Shown piece after piece: positions 17,260 to 25,968 of a stretch of 64,000 nt of DNA (positions are counted from its first letter, which is position 1; the number at the start of each line of letters is the position of its first letter). The notes beneath the pieces were generated by a model. The model was not told the origin of the DNA, ran no database searches, and was given only the letters and a program-made list of their open reading frames with translations. The stretch is from an uncultured Calditrichota bacterium (GTDB lineage Bacteria; Calditrichota; Calditrichia; Calditrichales; CAYPHA01): positions 138,924 through 202,923 of the forward strand of contig CAYPHA010000001.1 in the NCBI GenBank assembly GCA_964410215.1, written 5' to 3'. A program made the translations under genes and the position numbers.

Positions 17260-18516
17260 TTAAAACGTCCAGCCAATACTCAATGCGTACATATTTGCCA
17301 GACTGTTATAAACGCCGTTAAAATCCTCGACCGCGTCCGTGATTTCACGTTCTTCCTGACGAAGCAGCATGTAAGCACCATCGATCGTCACATCCAGGAA
17401 ATTTTCAAAGACAAAACGATAACCGAATCCAAGGGAATAAATATTGCGGTTACCCTCCGGTAAAGAAGGCTCTACATACTTATCGGGAACCGCCTGGTTA
17501 TCCCGGATATAACCACCGCGCAGGGCAATAGCATCGCTTAAACGGTATTCCAGTCCGACACGGATACTGTAACTGTCTTCGTAATTGCGCGGATTAACCT
17601 GCCTTGTTACACCGCCGGCAGCGTTTTCGAAATCAAGAACCATCTCATCATAACTGCTCCAGCCAATATGCAGATAGTCCACTTCTGCCGTCAGTTTTTC
17701 AAAAGGTGTATAAGCAATACCCGCTCCCATCATCACCGGGAGTTCCAGTTCCGATCTGACTTTCATCGGGGGATACAGAAATCGAATTTCACCATCTCCC
17801 TGAGAACTTCCGGTGCCTGGGAATTTGAAGTCAACATCGCCGTCTGTAAAATCAAGTTGTACATTACTCCTGTAGACAGCACCCAGCGAAAGCGAACGTA
17901 CCGGCTGAAGGCGGATACCCAGGTTGAATCCATAGGAATAGGTATTGGCACCGAGTGAGGACAAACCAAAAATATCATGCGGTGCGTAATATACATTTTT
18001 TTCAAGGGTCACGGAACCGTAAACCAGGTTAAAGCCTGCCGCGATTGAAATAAAATCCCATGGTTGATAAGAGAGGACCGGATTCAGATAGAAGGTTGTG
18101 ATATTTGAATACGTGGCCAGGGTGCGGCCGACCCATTCCTCGCCCCAGTTGGTTCCCAGTCCGAACAGGGAATAGAAGCCGAACCCGGCATGCAGTCCTT
18201 TTATCACGGGAAAGGTCAGATAAAATGTTGAAGGGGGAAACCAGTCGCTTTCCGTTTTATGAAACGCGTAGGGGTCGATACGTTCATCTGCCTGAAAGGA
18301 AGCACGCGGCATGATAAGTGTTGTACCGAAATAATAGTGGGTGCCGGACAACTGATTAATACCAGCCGGATTATAAAAGACAGCCGAAGCGTCATTTGCC
18401 TGGGCCATGAACGCACCTCCCATGGCGGTAGCCCTGGCGCCATGCTCATAGATCGAGAAACCTGAACCGTAAGCGATGGACAGGGGCAAAAGGAAGAAAA
18501 GAATCTTTTTCAGCAT
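17260..18516 (-). CDS. FadL/OmpP1/TodX-family outer-membrane hydrophobic-compound transporter
   Basis: Signal peptide, then GSGFSIYEHGARATAMGGAFMAQANDASAVFYNPAG (family N-terminal hatch motif). Beta-strand periodicity and a C-terminal aromatic residue (WTF). ATG at 18516 has gggaga upstream; the track start at 18534 is a TTG. Confidence 0.9.
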   Translation of the reverse strand: MLKKILFFLLPLSIAYGSGFSIYEHGARATAMGGAFMAQANDASAVFYNPAGINQLSGTHYYFGTTLIMPRASFQADERIDPYAFHKTESDWFPPSTFYLTFPVIKGLHAGFGFYSLFGLGTNWGEEWVGRTLATYSNITTFYLNPVLSYQPWDFISIAAGFNLVYGSVTLEKNVYYAPHDIFGLSSLGANTYSYGFNLGIRLQPVRSLSLGAVYRSNVQLDFTDGDVDFKFPGTGSSQGDGEIRFLYPPMKVRSELELPVMMGAGIAYTPFEKLTAEVDYLHIGWSSYDEMVLDFENAAGGVTRQVNPRNYEDSYSIRVGLEYRLSDAIALRGGYIRDNQAVPDKYVEPSLPEGNRNIYSLGFGYRFVFENFLDVTIDGAYMLLRQEEREITDAVEDFNGVYNSLANMYALSIGWTF

Positions 18517-18760
18517 AGTGTCTCCCAGGTACAAAATACAAAAGATGAAGGATGATAACAGTACAATCGTATCTTAACAATTTATTACATACGACAAAAA
18601 AAGGCAATTGTTGACTCTTTTATCAAATATTTAAAAATACGACTTTTTTTTATACAATTTGTTGACCAAAACCATAATTTCTTTAACGAAATACAATTAT
18701 ATTCCGTTTATGGGAATTAAGTAAACTCAGTGAAAAAAGCAACAGGGGAAACACAGGGAT

Positions 18761-20575
18761 ATGGAAAGAAAAGGTATATTAATTCTGGTGATGACGGCTA
18801 TTGCCAGTGTATTAATTATTCAGTTGCCGGTCTTTGCACAGTATGAAAATGACATTTTTACCGGACCTGTTCAGGCATTCGGTGGGCACGAGACGCAGGG
18901 TGTGGCCTGGGGGGACTATAACGCTGATGGTTACGTGGATTTATACCTTTCCAACGGGCGTGTCCGTGTACCCTGGGAAGGACTCTTATATAAAAACAAC
19001 GGCGATGGTACTTTCGATTCCGTGGCCACTGCCGGTGTCATCGTCACCGAAACCTATATATCCGGTGGCTGTTCATGGGGTGATTATGATAACGACGGGG
19101 ATCTTGACCTGTATGTGGCCAATGCTATTAACGGGTTCAGCACACCGCCGAACAGTCTTTACCTGAATAATAATGACGGGACTTTTTCCAATGCTACCGC
19201 GGGTGACATTGTCGCCTCCGGTAAATCCTATTCAGCAGGCGTAGGCTGGGTGGATTTCGATGAAGACGGCTGGCTGGATGGTTTCAGCAGTGACCTGAAT
19301 CAGTTCAGTAAACCAACCAACCATTCGTTATACCGGAATGAGAAGGATGGCAGCTTTGTTAAGGTGGAAAACCAGTTGACCACGGGTATCTCCGGTCTGG
19401 GAGGATTTTCCTGGATTGATTTTGACATGGATGGCGATATGGATGTCGTGACTCTTTCCGGCGGGATCGGGGCCAGTAACGTTCTGTGGGTTAATAACGG
19501 AAACGACTTTACTTCTGAAATCCTGCATGAAGATATGGAATCCCAGGGAGCAAGCTGGGGCGATTATGACAATGATGGTGATTTTGACCTGTTTATTACA
19601 AACTTCAGCAATGAGACCGGGGCCGAACGCAATATTCTCCTGCGCAATGATGGAACGGAAGCCGATGTCCCCCTGTTCCATCAGGTAACGGAAGGTGATG
19701 TCGTAGCGGATTCTGATTTTTCGCACAGCAGCGCCTTCGCCGACTTCAATAACGATGGTTACCTGGATCTGATTGTTGCCAATGACGGCGGTTATAAAGA
19801 AGGATACCGCAGCCGTTTGTATATGAACAACGGTGCAGGCGAATTAATCAGGTTCGATGGAACCATATTCAGCGATAGCGCCAGTTTCTGCCGTTCGGTG
19901 GCCTGTGCCGATATTGATAATGATGGCGATATCGATGTCATCGTAGGCAGAGACGGTAAAAACCGTCTGTTCATAAACAAGGGTAATGACAATAATTATG
20001 TCCAGTTTTCATTAAGCGGAAATCCCGAAACTGGAATAAATGCATCTGCAATTGGGACTATTCTTAAGCTGAAGGCGAACGGTTTCTGGCAGTTACGTGA
20101 TCTTTCTTCGCAAACCGGACGCGGCGCACAGAACAGCCCGGTCGTACATTTCGGTTTAGGGGATGCCGCTATTGTTGACTCGCTGGTTATCCTGTGGCCC
20201 GATGCAGCCAACACCAGAAGTGTATATACCGGTCTTGCCGTTAATACAATACATCGTTTCGATGCAACAACAATCGATCCGTCCGATAGTCGCGTCCTTA
20301 ATAATTTCCAACTTTATCAGAATTATCCGAATCCGTTTAATCCGGTAACGACCATCTGTTATACTGTTGGGGCGTATGGCAATACGCCCCAACGCGTCGA
20401 ATTAACCATCCATAATATTTTGGGGAAAAAAATGGCGACGCTGGTGGATGGGGTGCAAAATGCGGGATATCATACCGTACAGTGGAATGCGGTTCCGGTT
20501 CCGGCCGGTGTATATTATTACAGTTTGAGAACAGACCTGGGAACAATTACACGGAAAATGGTGTATATAAAGTGA
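18761..20575 (+). CDS. secreted FG-GAP/VCBS-repeat protein with ASPIC/UnbV-like region and a T9SS C-terminal sorting domain
   Basis: Signal peptide. Repeated WGDYDNDGDLDL, WIDFDMDGDMDV and ADIDNDGDIDV motifs. GRGAQNSPVVHFGLGDAAIVDSLVILWPD is UnbV/ASPIC-like. C-terminal LYQNYPNPFNPVTTICY...GVYYYSLRTDLGTITRKMVYIK. Confidence 0.9.
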   Translation: MERKGILILVMTAIASVLIIQLPVFAQYENDIFTGPVQAFGGHETQGVAWGDYNADGYVDLYLSNGRVRVPWEGLLYKNNGDGTFDSVATAGVIVTETYISGGCSWGDYDNDGDLDLYVANAINGFSTPPNSLYLNNNDGTFSNATAGDIVASGKSYSAGVGWVDFDEDGWLDGFSSDLNQFSKPTNHSLYRNEKDGSFVKVENQLTTGISGLGGFSWIDFDMDGDMDVVTLSGGIGASNVLWVNNGNDFTSEILHEDMESQGASWGDYDNDGDFDLFITNFSNETGAERNILLRNDGTEADVPLFHQVTEGDVVADSDFSHSSAFADFNNDGYLDLIVANDGGYKEGYRSRLYMNNGAGELIRFDGTIFSDSASFCRSVACADIDNDGDIDVIVGRDGKNRLFINKGNDNNYVQFSLSGNPETGINASAIGTILKLKANGFWQLRDLSSQTGRGAQNSPVVHFGLGDAAIVDSLVILWPDAANTRSVYTGLAVNTIHRFDATTIDPSDSRVLNNFQLYQNYPNPFNPVTTICYTVGAYGNTPQRVELTIHNILGKKMATLVDGVQNAGYHTVQWNAVPVPAGVYYYSLRTDLGTITRKMVYIK

Positions 20576-20598
20576 CCCCAGGATAACCTCCTGTTTAG

Positions 20599-20634
20599 AA
20601 CCCGTCGAGCTCTCCGGAGCCGGCGGGTTTTTTT
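20599..20634 (+). terminator. rho-independent terminator after the FG-GAP gene
   Basis: AACCCGTCG (20599-20607) pairs with CGGCGGGTT (20621-20629), 1 mismatch. The loop has an inner GCTC/GAGC pair. A T7 run follows and overlaps the stop of the convergent kinase gene. Confidence 0.65.
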
Positions 20635-22885
20635 ATTGCAGCGCCCGCTCCGGAATAATGCGTTTGAACTCCTGAGCCAGGGATTCCATGTTCAAAGGCT
20701 TTGAAATATGTCCGTCCATGCCGTTTGCCAGGGACCGTTCCCGGTCCCCCGTCATGGACTGCGCCGTCAAAGCGATAATCGGGGTATGTTTGCCGGTTTG
20801 TTTTTCTTTTTTCCGGATGGCCGATGTTGCTTCATAACCGTTCATCACAGGCATCTGTATATCCATTAAAATCAGATCATACTCATGTGTCTGCCAATAT
20901 TCCAGGGCTTCTTTACCGTTTTGAACGATGTGTGTCCTGTGTCCGAGTCGTTTTAAAATGCGTTGGGCTAGCTTCTGATTGATGGTATTATCTTCTGCAA
21001 GCAAAATACTTAACGGATGAGAATCGGTACCGGGATCAGAAAAGGTTTCAGCAACGGGAGACGGTTCTGCCTCGGGCGTTATATTTTTACCAACTAATGA
21101 TACGATCGAATCCAGGAGCTCGGAAGGTTTTGCCGGTTGTTTCAGAAAGCGGTCAATTCCGTTTTCCTTAAAATCCTCATAATACACATCATTAAAATCG
21201 GATGATATGGCAATGCAATAGGCTTGCATCCCTTCACTCACCTGCCTGAATGCAGTACCCATTTCCAGGCAATTCGTATTGTATTCGGAGCAGTCTATAA
21301 TAATCAGATTAAATGGTTCATTCCGTTCAAAAGCATTTCTCGTGGCCTCAAGCGCCTTTTCTCTGTCAAAGAATAAGCGGGGTGACATTTCCCACTGGTA
21401 AATCAGACGCTGTAGCTGGCGCGCACTGATCTCATTGTCACTGTAGATGAGAACACGCAATCCATCCAGCAAGGCCAGTCTGTTTGGCTGCTCTGATTTT
21501 TCTCCGGGCCTATCTTCGTGATCAAGGCGGAGAGTAAAATAAAATGTGGAACCCGGGGTCCCGGAATCGGATTTTAGAAAAGGAGAAGGGCTTTCTAGCC
21601 ACATTTCGCCATTCATTAAGGTGACCAGTTTATGCGCTATGGATAAACCTAATCCAGCCCCGCCATAGCGACGTGATGTTACGGAACCGGCTTTTTCCAG
21701 ACTCCTGAAAATGAGTTCCTGCCTGTCTTTTGGAATTCCTATCCCGGTATCGGTTACGGAGAACAACAGGACAATACCATCTTCGCTGTCTGAAACATGT
21801 TTGTCGATACGTAACGTGATGCTGCCCTTTTCGGTATATTTAATTGAATTGCTTACCAGGTTACTGATGATCTTCCGTATCCTGCCGGCGTCGCCAATAA
21901 GGACATCCGGTATTTTAGAGGAGATCATGTAGGAAATCCTGATGTCTTTTTTTCCGGCACGGCTGTCAACCGCTTTCTTGGAATCATCGATGATATCACG
22001 GAGCCGGAATCTCGTTTTTTCCAGTTCGAATGTACCGGTATTCAGTTTGGCAAGATCCAGGATCTCGTTTAACAGGCTGAGTAAGTTTTCCGAGGATGAT
22101 TTGACAATATGAAGGTTCTCTTTTTGAAAGGGTGTCAGTTCGGTAGACAAAACCAGGTCGGTCATTCCCATGATGCCGGTCATGGGTGTTCGTAATTCAT
22201 GACTTAAATTGCTCAGGAAAGCGTATTGATTAATGAAATCGTTTGCCGGTTCATCCGTTTCTTTTGTTTTCTGTGTTTGCTCGACATGGTTTTCTTTCAT
22301 TGTAATGCTGAATTCATCAGAAGAGATCGGTGAAATTTTGATGATCCGGTTTACCGATTTCACAGCGCCATGGGATATATTGTCGGTGTATAATTCCTGG
22401 GAGGAACCTGTATACTGCGCAAGTTGCAGTTTTTCCTCGAAAAGCGAGATATAATCGGGATGAAGAAGGGATACGAAGGGCCGGCTGTGTATTGTTTCAT
22501 CAGCATCATTGGATATTAAAATCCTTCCTTTGCGGTTGATAATATAAATGGGCTCAGATAGTGTATTGATCATCGCCCGGAGTTTTGTCAGATTATGACA
22601 GCTATTATCCGCTCTTCCCCTGAAGAACCGGAATCCTGCAATCATTGAAGGGAGTGCTGCTGAAGCGAGCAGGGGAATGGAGAAGGTTGAATTCATGTCC
22701 ACCACATAAAGGAGGGAGATAAAAAAAATAATAGATAGATAGTGGAAAATCCTGTATCTTCTTCCCTGAAGTTGGATATTCACCGGCGACTCCATTTCTT
22801 TAAAGTCCGTTTTTACTATATAGTGTTTTCGGAATGCAACAACATTTCTGAACTTTAGGCATGGTGTTGGTAAGAAAATTCTCAC
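20633..22885 (-). CDS. hybrid sensor histidine kinase (TM, PAS-like, HisKA, HATPase_c, degenerate receiver, receiver)
   Basis: LSNLSHELRTPMTGIMG (H-box), GGAGLGLSIAHKLV, and a terminal receiver ILLAEDNTINQ...LILMDIQMPVMNG...KP. The middle receiver-like segment is RVLIYSDNEIS...LIIIDCSEY. The true start may be the internal MESPVN (near 22795). Confidence 0.9.
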   Translation of the reverse strand: MRIFLPTPCLKFRNVVAFRKHYIVKTDFKEMESPVNIQLQGRRYRIFHYLSIIFFISLLYVVDMNSTFSIPLLASAALPSMIAGFRFFRGRADNSCHNLTKLRAMINTLSEPIYIINRKGRILISNDADETIHSRPFVSLLHPDYISLFEEKLQLAQYTGSSQELYTDNISHGAVKSVNRIIKISPISSDEFSITMKENHVEQTQKTKETDEPANDFINQYAFLSNLSHELRTPMTGIMGMTDLVLSTELTPFQKENLHIVKSSSENLLSLLNEILDLAKLNTGTFELEKTRFRLRDIIDDSKKAVDSRAGKKDIRISYMISSKIPDVLIGDAGRIRKIISNLVSNSIKYTEKGSITLRIDKHVSDSEDGIVLLFSVTDTGIGIPKDRQELIFRSLEKAGSVTSRRYGGAGLGLSIAHKLVTLMNGEMWLESPSPFLKSDSGTPGSTFYFTLRLDHEDRPGEKSEQPNRLALLDGLRVLIYSDNEISARQLQRLIYQWEMSPRLFFDREKALEATRNAFERNEPFNLIIIDCSEYNTNCLEMGTAFRQVSEGMQAYCIAISSDFNDVYYEDFKENGIDRFLKQPAKPSELLDSIVSLVGKNITPEAEPSPVAETFSDPGTDSHPLSILLAEDNTINQKLAQRILKRLGHRTHIVQNGKEALEYWQTHEYDLILMDIQMPVMNGYEATSAIRKKEKQTGKHTPIIALTAQSMTGDRERSLANGMDGHISKPLNMESLAQEFKRIIPERALQ

Positions 22886-22964
22886 TATCTATCGAAATTT
22901 TATGAAACCAGGGGTGTGCACGGCAACAGACAACGTGAATTACTCAAAAATGAGGGAGGTCAAA

Positions 22965-24644
22965 ATGCCCGGAATGTACCGCAACCTTTTTCCTGTTCTC
23001 ATAATTGCGATTCTTTTTTTTATTTTTGGTCTTTATTTTAATGACGTAATTTCTACAAACAATATTACACCATCTGCCGTCAGCAAAGCAGAAATCGTTT
23101 CCGGACTGTCTTTTTCGCAATCCGAACGGGATTCCATGCTGGATGCACTGAAAGAACAGTTGGGAAATTATGAATCCATCCATACAACCGACTTGCAGAA
23201 TGATGTCCCTCCGGCCATCCGGTTTAATCCCCTGCCGGCGGGATGGACACCGGACCATCTCCCTGAAACGTTTAAACTGAGTGACTATTCACGGGTAGAG
23301 ATTCCGTCTGAAAGAAACGATCTTGCGTTTTATACAGTAGGTGAATTAGCCTTTCTCATACAAAATGGTAAGCTGTCATCGGCCGAGCTAACAGCGTTTT
23401 TTATCGATCGGTTGAAGCGATTCAGCCCTGAGCTGGAATGTCTGATCACGCTGAACGAAGTAAAGGCGCTGGAAGCCGCTGAAAAAGCCGATCAGGAAAT
23501 CGCATCCGGGATGTACCGCGGCCCGTTGCACGGTATCCCCTACGGTATCAAAGATCTGTTTGCGACGAAAGGATTGAAAACCACCTGGGGTGCAAAACCG
23601 TTCGAAGATCAGATTTTGAACTATGACGCTGCTGTGGTCGAAAAACTGAGGGATGCCGGTGCCGTGATGGTAGCCAAGCTGACCATGGGCGCTCTGGCCT
23701 GGGGGGATGTCTGGTTCGGGGGCAAGACGCGTAATCCCTGGGATCCGGAACAGGGTTCCAGCGGGTCTTCGGCCGGCTCCGCTTCAGCCGTCTCCGCGGG
23801 GCTGGTTCCGTTTGCCATCGGGACGGAAACATGGGGGTCGATCGTTTCACCCTCAACCGTATGCGGAGTAACGGGGTTACGTCCCACCTATGGAAGAGTC
23901 AGCCGTTACGGCGCGATGGCGCTGAGCTGGTCCATGGATAAAATCGGCCCGATCTGCAGGAATGCCGAGGATGCCGCCATGGTGTTCAAGGCCATTGCCG
24001 GCCCGGACGGCAGAGATCTGACTGTTTATGATTTCCCGGTTTCCTATGATGCCGGTCAGCCCGTTAGTGATCTGCGTATCGGGTATGTACGCAGCGATTT
24101 TGAATCGGACTATGCCTTCCGGAATCAGGATTCTCTTTCGCTGGTCCGAATGGAGGCGATGGGCGTTGATTTAATACCGTTAGAGCTGCCGGACCTACCG
24201 GTCGGAGACCTGTCATTCATCCTTAACGCGGAAGCGGCCGCGGCATTTGACGCTCTGACACGCAGCAACCGGGATGATCTGCTGGTTCGACAGGTGAAGA
24301 ATGCCTGGCCCAATGTGTTCCGGGCGGCACGATTTATCCCGGCGGTGGAATATATTAACGCCAACAGGGTACGCAGCATGCTGATTAATGAGATGCAGGA
24401 CGTGTTCGAAAAAGTGGACCTGTTCCTGGCCCCTTCATGGCAGGGAAACACGCTCCTGCTGACCAACCTGACCGGCCATCCCTGCGTGGTGGTGCCTAAT
24501 GGCTTCGATGATGACGGGCATCCGACGAGTATCACCTTCATCGGAGATCTGTTCATGGAAGGAGAAATTCTGGCCGTGGCAAAGACATTTCAGGATGCGA
24601 CCGGCTTTCATCTGAAACATCCCTCATTGGCCTGGGAGGATTAA
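22965..24644 (+). CDS. amidase-signature (AS) family amidase with an N-terminal membrane anchor or signal
   Basis: GIPYGIKDLF and the GSSGSSAGSASAVSAGLVPFAIGTETWGSI (AS Ser-cisSer-Lys) region. ATG at 22965 lies 5 nt after the SD gagggagg; the ORF is open from 22902. Confidence 0.9.
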   Translation: MPGMYRNLFPVLIIAILFFIFGLYFNDVISTNNITPSAVSKAEIVSGLSFSQSERDSMLDALKEQLGNYESIHTTDLQNDVPPAIRFNPLPAGWTPDHLPETFKLSDYSRVEIPSERNDLAFYTVGELAFLIQNGKLSSAELTAFFIDRLKRFSPELECLITLNEVKALEAAEKADQEIASGMYRGPLHGIPYGIKDLFATKGLKTTWGAKPFEDQILNYDAAVVEKLRDAGAVMVAKLTMGALAWGDVWFGGKTRNPWDPEQGSSGSSAGSASAVSAGLVPFAIGTETWGSIVSPSTVCGVTGLRPTYGRVSRYGAMALSWSMDKIGPICRNAEDAAMVFKAIAGPDGRDLTVYDFPVSYDAGQPVSDLRIGYVRSDFESDYAFRNQDSLSLVRMEAMGVDLIPLELPDLPVGDLSFILNAEAAAAFDALTRSNRDDLLVRQVKNAWPNVFRAARFIPAVEYINANRVRSMLINEMQDVFEKVDLFLAPSWQGNTLLLTNLTGHPCVVVPNGFDDDGHPTSITFIGDLFMEGEILAVAKTFQDATGFHLKHPSLAWED

Positions 24645-24698
24645 TACCATGAAAGCATATTTTTTACTTTTTATTTTGTATTTTTTATTGTCACTTAC

Positions 24699-24866
24699 AG
24701 CGGCATACCTTATGAGAGTGTTCGGGAATTGGTAAAAATGGGTCATACGGTCCGTCACCGGGTTGGCGGGTTCGGCGGATACCAGGCGATCATGTATGAC
24801 GAGGAAAACGGCATCTATTATGGCGCTTCTGAAAGCCGGAAGGACGGTCAGGCTGCCGGGTATTAG
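24699..24866 (+). pseudogene. C-terminal relic of a gamma-glutamyltransferase gene
   Basis: Translation is SGIPYESVRELVKMGHTVRHRVGGFGGYQAIMYDEENGIYYGASESRKDGQAAGY*. It matches the extreme C-terminus of GGT small subunits (...GASDPRxxGxAxGY*). No upstream GGT coding sequence is present. An AT-rich filler precedes it. Confidence 0.6.
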
Positions 24867-25017
24867 AAAATCGGGATATCAGGTAACCGGGAAAGTGATA
24901 CCGGAGCCATCACAGTGGAGCAGTATGGTCAGAAACTTACCACGATGATCTGTTGGCTTCAGATACAACTTCCACGTTCGAAAATGATAATAATCCAATC
25001 ATGGGAGTCGTGTTTCT

Positions 25018-25215
25018 ATGCGTGTCATCAAACATCTTTTAAAAAAGAAAGTCAGGCGGGATGATGACGGCTATGTATATGATCCGGGAGTGGAAATGGA
25101 ACAGGATCTGAAGGACTCCAGAGATCATTTTTCAAAAGATTTTTCTGATTTCATCGACGACAATCCAAAAGAAGAGGCTTACTCCAGCCTGTCAGAATTC
25201 GTTAATGGTGTGTAA
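25018..25215 (+). CDS. hypothetical small acidic protein (weak call)
   Basis: 65-aa ORF with gggag 13 nt upstream. No recognisable motif. Confidence 0.3.
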   Translation: MRVIKHLLKKKVRRDDDGYVYDPGVEMEQDLKDSRDHFSKDFSDFIDDNPKEEAYSSLSEFVNGV

Positions 25216-25280
25216 ATTCGATTTGAATATAGCCTATCTTAAGTATATTCAAGATCATACTATTTGTTCTAAAGAGTCAT

Positions 25281-25309
25281 TTGACTGTACCGAATATCAG
25301 TAAATATAT
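25281..25309 (+). promoter_or_regulatory. candidate sigma70-type promoter for the 25330 gene
   Basis: TTGACT (25281-25286), 17-nt spacer, ATATAT (25304-25309). The SD aaggag follows before the ATG at 25330. Confidence 0.35.
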
Positions 25310-25329
25310 GTATTTCAGAAGGAGCAACC

Positions 25330-25722
25330 ATGTATAAAATTGAGAAAACGGGATACGGATACAAGCTGACATTTAGCGGTTTCATGACGGCGGATGAAAT
25401 GTCAAAGTGGGTGGAAGAATCCAAACAGACATTAGTTTCACAAACAGGACGATTTGGTGTTTATGTTGATATGCGGATGTTGAAACCATTGCCACCGGAT
25501 GCTCAAAAACACATGCAGGAGGGACAAAAGATCTTCAAGCAAAAAGGAATGGAAAAATCGGTAGTCATTCTTAATGACACCATTTTGACCATGCAATTCA
25601 AACGTATCGCCAAGGAAACCGGAATTTATGAGTGGGAACGTTATGTGGATGCGTCTAAAGACAATAACTGGGAGCAGAAGGGTCTGAACTGGATTAAAAA
25701 CGGCGTCGATCCGGATAAATAA
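25330..25722 (+). CDS. hypothetical protein (130 aa)
   Basis: Good SD (aaggag) and a terminator directly downstream. No catalytic motif recognised. Confidence 0.6.
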   Translation: MYKIEKTGYGYKLTFSGFMTADEMSKWVEESKQTLVSQTGRFGVYVDMRMLKPLPPDAQKHMQEGQKIFKQKGMEKSVVILNDTILTMQFKRIAKETGIYEWERYVDASKDNNWEQKGLNWIKNGVDPDK

Positions 25723-25765
25723 GCGAAAGTCAATAATCATCATTCTATAAAATTCTTCATAAATG

Positions 25766-25800
25766 GGCCGAACCTTTTTTATTCGGCCTTTTTTATTTTT
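25766..25800 (+). terminator. rho-independent terminator
   Basis: GGCCGAA (25766-25772), 9-nt loop, TTCGGCC (25782-25788), followed by a T-run. Confidence 0.65.
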
Positions 25801-25968
25801 TTAACGATTTATTTACAACCTTCCGGTAACTTTATTTATAAAAACATTGCATTCATTTGAAGACGGAGCCTTGCTCCATTAAATTAAAAACAATGAAACT
25901 AATATTTCCAGCCGCAAAAAAGCGGAAAAAGGAACTATTCATCTAACCATAACTACCCGGGAGATGCC

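Noticed and set aside
24648-24734. 28-codon hydrophobic mini-ORF (MKAYFLLFILYFLLSLTAAYLMRVFGNW*) between the amidase and the GGT relic
   Set aside because: It is composed of the AT-rich filler sequence (T-runs translate to Phe/Leu). It is most likely a compositional artefact at a deletion junction.
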